Shown: positions 57,881 to 64,000 of the stretch, in pieces
Layout: each line of letters starts with the position of its first letter
Numbering within the stretch: the first letter of the stretch is position 1
Origin: a candidate division WOR-3 bacterium
Lineage (GTDB): Bacteria; Hydrothermota; 32-111
DNA: 64,000 bases
Direction: 5' to 3'
NCBI GenBank assembly: GCA_037481815.1
Contig: JBBFKX010000002.1
Coordinates: 288,001-352,000, forward strand
Notes under the pieces: model-generated
What the model was told of the DNA's origin: nothing
Seen by the model: only the letters and a program-made list of their open reading frames with translations
Databases searched by the model: none
Program-made: the position numbers and the translations under genes

Positions 57881-59741
57881 AAAATTTTCCTCTCATCTTT
57901 TTATTTTCAATCTCGAATATATAGTAATAGATTCCAGATTTAAAGTTTTCAACATTTATTTTTATCCAATTTTCAACTTTTGTTCCTGATCTTTCAAAAA
58001 CTTTTTTCCCATCGTTTGTAAATATTACTATTTTATACATTCCTGCATACTCAGTGAATATGTTTATTTCGTTAACAGCCGGATTAGGAAAAACATAACT
58101 TTCAATCGAATCATTTACAAAAAATTCTAAAATTGTATCAATATCTGAAACATTGTTAAATTCATCTACTCCGGTTATAAACAAAATATTTTTTCCATAA
58201 CCGATTTTATGGACGGTTCCAACATTCGAATTAAGTATGGTTCTATAAAGATCTTTTATTTTATATATTTTTAAATCGTCAAGATAAAGATAAAAATCCT
58301 GTTCTAAATTTTTATTGAATTCGATTTTCAGAAGTCCTTTTTTGATTTTAAAGTAAAAAGATTTCCAGTCAGTTAACTCTCCTTCAAACGATTTTACTGG
58401 TATTCCATTCAGATAAATATAAAAGCATGAATCAGAAAATAATCCCTTGTACTTAAAAGATAAGAGATTTTCTTCTTCAGGTAAAAAGATTTCAAAAGTA
58501 AAATTTCTGCAGAACAAAGAATATGGTTTTGAGTAGGGATTCTGGTCTGTTAGACAAAAATTTCCAGTAAAATTTTCAGGCAGAGAATCGAAGTTTTCTA
58601 TATAGGTATAATAGTTGTTTGAAAATTCAACATCATAATTTTTTATTTTAGAGAAATCATAAGAAGGATCAAAGTTTATTTTAAAATTGTTATTATTTGT
58701 TTTCGTAAGTTCTATATTGTGCACAGGTAAAGGGGAAAAGGTATCTTCTATGCCGAACGATAAAAATTCTTTTCTTATAACCTGAAAATCTTTATCGATA
58801 CTTAGGTTTATATAGTCTTTATAAAGTTTATACAAAGTTAAAAAATTTAAAGGATAAAATAATTTTATTCCTTTAAAATTTTCATTTTTTGTTAAATTGA
58901 TTACAACAGAATTTTTTAGATTACATGAAACATCAGTTTCATTTATTATAGAAAATTCATTCCTGTCAGTGAACTTTAACTCTTGAAAATCTTTTAAAAT
59001 ATTTTCAGTTTTAATTGTTGATATCGTTAAATCCTTATAGTTTGTTGAATCGGAGTAATGCTCGAAATATTTTTCAGAGATTATTTTTGCTATATCCTGT
59101 GGATCTTTTAAAGTATCTATGCAGGGAAGTATTTTATCATAAGGAAAACCATTGTAGGGAACTATCCCTTCCGATCCTACAACAAACGAAACATAATCTT
59201 TGATTTCATAAACTACCTCAACACTCTGCATCAAACAAGCATCAAATATCAAAATATCTGTTTTCTTCTTTGTTTTATTGTATATATCCAAAAAAATATT
59301 TTTAAATTCACCTTCAGTTATCGAAATAAAATCAAACGGATGGTTATCAAAAAATATCGATTTATCTTTCGTAGTAAAATTGTACCAGCCATTACCATGA
59401 TCCCATAAAACCATTATCCTTTTTTCATAATCGTATTTATAAAATGTTGAAAAGAAGTTTGAAATGTTTTCGAAATCACCTGAATTCACATTATCAAAAA
59501 CTTTAAGGGTATCACTTTTTCCATCATTTATTTCAAAGATATATGAATAGAAAGGTGAATCAAGAAAAATGATTATATCAGTATTTTTTATGTTTTTTGA
59601 ACTCTCTATCAATTGATTGTAGTTTGTTAAAAATCCATTATAAAGATTGTTATCAGCACAAAAATATCCTATAAAAAGTATTTTTGATACTACAAAAAGT
59701 GGTGGCAAAAAAAATATTAAAAAAAATGGTAACTTTTTCAT
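57867..59741 (-). CDS. Clostripain-like C11 peptidase with T9SS-type CTD
   Basis: YFCADNNL, LWDHGNGW, FDACLMQSVEV, GSE; CTD FPNPA...SGIYYY...GKFFVK. Confidence 0.85.
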   Translation of the reverse strand: MKKLPFFLIFFLPPLFVVSKILFIGYFCADNNLYNGFLTNYNQLIESSKNIKNTDIIIFLDSPFYSYIFEINDGKSDTLKVFDNVNSGDFENISNFFSTFYKYDYEKRIMVLWDHGNGWYNFTTKDKSIFFDNHPFDFISITEGEFKNIFLDIYNKTKKKTDILIFDACLMQSVEVVYEIKDYVSFVVGSEGIVPYNGFPYDKILPCIDTLKDPQDIAKIISEKYFEHYSDSTNYKDLTISTIKTENILKDFQELKFTDRNEFSIINETDVSCNLKNSVVINLTKNENFKGIKLFYPLNFLTLYKLYKDYINLSIDKDFQVIRKEFLSFGIEDTFSPLPVHNIELTKTNNNNFKINFDPSYDFSKIKNYDVEFSNNYYTYIENFDSLPENFTGNFCLTDQNPYSKPYSLFCRNFTFEIFLPEEENLLSFKYKGLFSDSCFYIYLNGIPVKSFEGELTDWKSFYFKIKKGLLKIEFNKNLEQDFYLYLDDLKIYKIKDLYRTILNSNVGTVHKIGYGKNILFITGVDEFNNVSDIDTILEFFVNDSIESYVFPNPAVNEINIFTEYAGMYKIVIFTNDGKKVFERSGTKVENWIKINVENFKSGIYYYIFEIENKKMRGKFFVKQ

Positions 59742-59771
59742 AAAAAAGGTGGGGTTTTTAAAACCCCACCT
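59742..59771 (-). terminator. Intrinsic terminator after the PorV-like gene
   Basis: AGGTGGGGTTT-TAA-AAACCCCACCT plus a U tract. Confidence 0.8.
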
Positions 59772-59778
59772 GATTTTA

Positions 59779-60831
59779 TTAGAAATTCAGAGTTAATGTG
59801 ACTCTATGACCGTTCACATAATTGTCTGACAGAAGTCCCATCTCTGTATAGGAATAATCTATTCCAACATCTATTCCGGAGAATCCATATTTGAAACCAA
59901 TACCTGCTGTAAGATTTTCAATCTTTTCGTTCTGTGTTAGATCATCCATATTGTCAAGAACATATTTGAATTTTTCCCAGTTGAATATATATCCCAGCCT
60001 TACAAAGAGTATCTTTGAAAGGTTGTATTCCATACCAAATCTTATGTTCTCGGTTCCATCGTTTGGATTCTGGAATTCAAGTGTTGTCGTGAGGAAATTT
60101 GTTGGACCTTCAAGAATGTCATACGCAAGACCAAAGTTGAAATTCATTGGAAGTGTGTATGTATCGGTTTTATAATATATGTTAAGTGGTGTCTGACCAT
60201 CTGTCCATTTCGAATATTTATCGGTTAATATAGTTCCGCCTGTAAACATTCCTTCAGATCCAAAATTCCTGATAGACATTCCTATTCTCAATGATTTGAA
60301 ACCTGTTTTATAGAGTGCTCCAGCGTCAAAAGCAATCATTGTAGAAGTTGCATCAACTATTTTTTCCTGGATGTACTTTAAGGTTACTCCAGAAGTGAGT
60401 TTATCAGTAAATGCTTTCGCGTAGGATGCTCCAACAACATAACTTGATGCGGAGAAGTATTCTCCTGTTCCCTCTGGTTTATCAACAGTTGTTATTTCCA
60501 TTTCAGGCATTGTCATTATTCCCGCCTGTAAACCCAAAGCACCCATTATGCCCATTGGAGCAGCAAAAGCAACATAGGAATAACTTATCTCTGCAGGATA
60601 TTTCACATAGTTGAGTAAAAGTCCCATCTTGTTCATCGTTGCAATTCCCGCTGGGTTGTAATAAAGTGCTGATGGATCATCAGCAACAGAAACAAAAGCA
60701 CCACCCATCGCAGTTGCTTTCGAGCCAACCAGTATTTTCAAGAACTGAGCACCTGTGGTTCCCTCATTGAAAGAATAGGCAAAATTTGCTAAAAGGGTAA
60801 ACGATATGATTATAAATAATAATTTTTTCAT
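59779..60831 (-). CDS. PorV/PorQ-family outer membrane beta-barrel
   Basis: GAQFLKILVGSKATAMGGAFVSVADDPSALYYNPAG; ends HRVTLTLNF. Confidence 0.88.
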   Translation of the reverse strand: MKKLLFIIISFTLLANFAYSFNEGTTGAQFLKILVGSKATAMGGAFVSVADDPSALYYNPAGIATMNKMGLLLNYVKYPAEISYSYVAFAAPMGIMGALGLQAGIMTMPEMEITTVDKPEGTGEYFSASSYVVGASYAKAFTDKLTSGVTLKYIQEKIVDATSTMIAFDAGALYKTGFKSLRIGMSIRNFGSEGMFTGGTILTDKYSKWTDGQTPLNIYYKTDTYTLPMNFNFGLAYDILEGPTNFLTTTLEFQNPNDGTENIRFGMEYNLSKILFVRLGYIFNWEKFKYVLDNMDDLTQNEKIENLTAGIGFKYGFSGIDVGIDYSYTEMGLLSDNYVNGHRVTLTLNF

Positions 60832-60839
60832 TGTTCCTC

Positions 60840-63800
60840 CTACTTAATGATAGCAAATTTGCCAATTTTTGTTTCACCGTTTGGTGTCTGAACATGATAT
60901 ATGTAAATCCCTGGTGCTGGTATCTGATCATTTTTTGTTAAAAGATCCCATTCAGCATAACCTTTTGTTAGGTCATACGCTGTGGTTGTCTGGTTATCTT
61001 TTGTAACCTGAATCTCTACATCATGGTTGATTGTTGCAATCAACTCACCTGATAGTGTGTAAATTCTGATTGTGCATTTATCTGGTAAATTCGTGAAAAG
61101 AATTCTTCTATAATTATAGTCAAGATCAAGTTCACTTCTGACAACATAAGGATTTGGAACAACTTTAATCTTATCAAGAGTTGAATCAACTACTGTTGCA
61201 AAAGTTGCTGGAGTAACTGTGAATTTAAATGTTGAATTTATAGGTGGATAAGTAACAACGAATGCTGTATCGTTTGGAGTCACTCTTACAACCCATACAT
61301 CACCATCTTTTGGCCTTGCACTCCAAACCATTGGTCTTGAAGGTATCGGTGAATTGTTAAACTTTAGCACGATATTTGAAAAATATAGACCAACCTTTGC
61401 TGTATTTGCTGATGTTGACTTTAGATATCTTGGATTCTGTGAAGGAAGTGCTGTTGCTGATGTATTGAAATGCCAGTTGTCACCTATTGTTCTATTACTG
61501 TAAGGTATTTCAATATTGTTGTCAACATCAAAAATTGTTACTGTTAAGTTTGTATCATTTGGCAAGAATGTATCCGTTCCGATAACAGTAAGAGTTGGGT
61601 ACACAACCTCGTGCCAGGTAATAATATATTCTTTGCTGTTGTGATAGAATTGTCTTCCCTGTGCTGCAATTTCAACTTTCAAAATTGAACTATCGTAAGT
61701 ACCACTCTGTACACTGACTTTCAAAGTTGAATTACTTGTATTCATCCAGCCAGATGTGTCGAGAGTGAAACTGTTTATTTTAAATAGGAATCCTGAATAT
61801 GGATTCCATTTTTCACTTGGAAGTCCAATTATTTTTTCATTTTCTACCCAGAGTGTCTCTAAATCCATCTTATCTTCTATAACTATATCTCCATTTTTAT
61901 TTGTGATCGTGTAAGGATACCCAGGTGTTAAGTCATTATAAACGGAACTATCTGCAAGTCCAAATGTCAATGTAAATGTATCATCTTTAACTTTTTCGAT
62001 CATTGTGTCAAGAGCGTTTATAATTTCCATACTGATCAAAGATGTATCAATGTTTCCAGAGATTAGGTTTATATTATATGTTCCAGGGACAAGGTTTGAA
62101 GTTACTGCTCTCGGAACCGCTGCTTTTGTTTTTCCTGCACCTTCAAGTATAAGTGGAATAGCACCTATGGTATCATTTGTTGGAGTAACAGCATAACCGT
62201 TGAAGTTAACATCATACGCTCTCACTGTATAATAATACTGGATTCCGTTTGTAAGATTTGAATCAACAAAATAGTATGGAATTCCAGTATTTGATCCAAC
62301 TGTATCATAGTAGTATGTTGTTTCATAAGTTGCAGCAGCTGTATTGTAATAAATTAAAGAATCTTTTAATATAACTGTATATTCATTGATTTTATCAAAT
62401 TTACCTATCAATTCCCATGTTCCACCTGCACCAGTTCTCGACCTATATACATTATACCCTTCAATATCATATTCTCTATATGCAGGGTTGTATGTTGGAA
62501 GTAGTGGATCTGAAACAAGAGAATAATATTTGTCTGGAATGAGTTCCTGAGCATTATCCCAGTAGATTACAACTTTTTTATCCATTCCAACAACATCAAA
62601 GTTAACCTGTCCGGGTGCAACCGGTCCAAGCCATCCCTGATCATAAATCTGTTGTGCAATAAGCATTTTGTTCAACATTTCAGCAGAGTTTTTTGAAATT
62701 ATGATTCCAATAATAACTGTTGCAGTTGAATCATATTTAAGAGTGAATGGTCCTGATGCCATTGCAAATCTTTTATCACCCGCTGCTGTTGGGTCCTCAG
62801 TTTTTCCAGGATAACCTGGAACACCCTGCCCCCATGTTGGGAAAGGTCTATATGATGATTCTGGATCATTTGGGTTATAAATCGTGTGATCATAACCGGC
62901 AAGTACAAGATACCTTTTGATATGATCTGATGGATCAGTTTGTATTGTAAAGTAGTTGAATGTTGTCATTCCAATTCTTTCCCCTGCTGGTATTATGAAT
63001 GAACCATCATGATAAAGATCTATTGGTTCAGTTGCTCTTGGTGATTCCAGATATTTGTACGCAATAATTCCAGGGAAGTGTGTCCAGTTTGCTTCAGATT
63101 CAAGTTGGAACTGATATCCAACATTGATCTGCATCAAAGTATCGTTAACACCAGCATAATCAACTGTCATCGTATCAATAAAACCAAGAAGGTCGTTAGC
63201 CGCATCCTCTGCTTCATTTCCTATATCGTTATCGGCACCAATACCAACATAACATTTCTTAATGTCTTTGTGATCACTTCTCTTGTTCTGTATCTCATAT
63301 TTTATAAAAATAATATCTTCCTTTAATGGCCCAACCCAGGCATATGTTGTCTGTTTGACCTCTATCTCAAGTGGTCTTGAAGTTGAAACCAGACGATACG
63401 CTATATCCATATCGTTGAACTCAGTGTATGAATCCTGCATTGAAACAACAGAGTCGGCACCAGATGTTGTTTTCAAAGGCCATGGTTGTCCATAATTATC
63501 ACTTGTTGAAATATAAACTATATCCCATGGGTTGTTGTAGGGTGTTGGTCTATCTGGTGATGCATCGTTTATATCACCTGGAACAAATTCTGTTGATGCT
63601 GAGTTTGGATAGTAACCGCATGACATCGTTGTATCTGCTGTTCCATCATCGTTTTCAATTATTCCACCAACCCACACTCCTGCACCAAACACGTATGTTT
63701 CCTGAGGAAAACCAGCAGGCCAGTAAAGACCTGAGTTGTTTCCAGAATAAACATCCTGACCAAAGATAGCAAAGTTTGTTATATATGTATTAATCTGGTT

Positions 63801-63935
63801 TATGTCAAGCATCCTCTGGTCGAATATCTTACCTGATGTCATTTTGGGATCAATATATGCAGGACGAGCAAAAATGGTTATTGAAAAAAGGAGTGTGAGG
63901 AGGATAAAAAATGCAATTTTGTTAATTTTATTCAT
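60840..63935 (-). CDS. Large secreted protein with FN3-like domain and FlgD/T9SS-like CTD
   Basis: Signal peptide; DIEGYNVYRS...LTNGIQYYYTVRAYD; KVVPNPY...FTNLP...IRIYTLSGELI...WDL...PGIYIYHV...GKFAIIK. Confidence 0.8.
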   Translation of the reverse strand: MNKINKIAFFILLTLLFSITIFARPAYIDPKMTSGKIFDQRMLDINQINTYITNFAIFGQDVYSGNNSGLYWPAGFPQETYVFGAGVWVGGIIENDDGTADTTMSCGYYPNSASTEFVPGDINDASPDRPTPYNNPWDIVYISTSDNYGQPWPLKTTSGADSVVSMQDSYTEFNDMDIAYRLVSTSRPLEIEVKQTTYAWVGPLKEDIIFIKYEIQNKRSDHKDIKKCYVGIGADNDIGNEAEDAANDLLGFIDTMTVDYAGVNDTLMQINVGYQFQLESEANWTHFPGIIAYKYLESPRATEPIDLYHDGSFIIPAGERIGMTTFNYFTIQTDPSDHIKRYLVLAGYDHTIYNPNDPESSYRPFPTWGQGVPGYPGKTEDPTAAGDKRFAMASGPFTLKYDSTATVIIGIIISKNSAEMLNKMLIAQQIYDQGWLGPVAPGQVNFDVVGMDKKVVIYWDNAQELIPDKYYSLVSDPLLPTYNPAYREYDIEGYNVYRSRTGAGGTWELIGKFDKINEYTVILKDSLIYYNTAAATYETTYYYDTVGSNTGIPYYFVDSNLTNGIQYYYTVRAYDVNFNGYAVTPTNDTIGAIPLILEGAGKTKAAVPRAVTSNLVPGTYNINLISGNIDTSLISMEIINALDTMIEKVKDDTFTLTFGLADSSVYNDLTPGYPYTITNKNGDIVIEDKMDLETLWVENEKIIGLPSEKWNPYSGFLFKINSFTLDTSGWMNTSNSTLKVSVQSGTYDSSILKVEIAAQGRQFYHNSKEYIITWHEVVYPTLTVIGTDTFLPNDTNLTVTIFDVDNNIEIPYSNRTIGDNWHFNTSATALPSQNPRYLKSTSANTAKVGLYFSNIVLKFNNSPIPSRPMVWSARPKDGDVWVVRVTPNDTAFVVTYPPINSTFKFTVTPATFATVVDSTLDKIKVVPNPYVVRSELDLDYNYRRILFTNLPDKCTIRIYTLSGELIATINHDVEIQVTKDNQTTTAYDLTKGYAEWDLLTKNDQIPAPGIYIYHVQTPNGETKIGKFAIIK

Positions 63936-63950
63936 ATTTTTCCTCCATCC

Positions 63951-64000
63951 TTAGAATGAGAATTCAAGACCCAGAGTGATAACTCTTGGTGAAGACCAGT
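63951..64000 (-). CDS. C-terminal end of a probable TonB-dependent receptor (partial)
   Basis: Reads WSSPRVITLGLEFSF-stop, a PRxxxLGLxFxF terminal beta-strand; only 15 sense codons visible. Confidence 0.55.
   Translation of the reverse strand, partial: WSSPRVITLGLEFSF

Noticed and set aside
10513..63769. Many short antisense or off-frame ORFs in the track (e.g. 17458-17964, 19087-19551, 43669-44052)
   Set aside because: Nested in well-supported genes, with no recognisable motifs

Overview
Very AT-rich, densely packed chromosomal segment from a diderm, probably anaerobic bacterium. T9SS-type C-terminal domains plus PorU-like and PorV-like genes suggest a non-Bacteroidota FCB-related lineage such as WOR-3/TA06 (inference). 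Housekeeping content: pyrR-pyrB-pyrC, rho-rpmE, a TPP-riboswitch-controlled thi4-thiE(ThiD2 fusion)-thiC operon, a TetR-TolC-MFP-RND efflux operon, tRNA-Thr(CGT) and a nucleoside kinase. The rest is mostly cell-surface biology: two C25 (gingipain/PorU-like) peptidases, a C11 clostripain-like peptidase, a 3133-aa protein with 32 tandem Ig-like repeats, four tandem lipoproteins, a TonB-receptor / large CTD protein / PorV-like triad, and a GT2-GT2-GT4-TMTC-like glycosyltransferase cluster. Most notable observations: (1) exported proteins are strongly enriched in D-(S/T)-hydrophobic sequons and a TMTC-type GT-C gene is present, suggesting a general protein O-glycosylation system; (2) a divergent class III nucleotidyl cyclase is translationally coupled to pyrC; (3) a zinc-ribbon protein carries a RomX-like domain; (4) thiE appears to start at ACG; (5) several promoters look leaderless. 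No CRISPR array, integrase or transposase was seen. All family calls come from motif recognition, not database searches.
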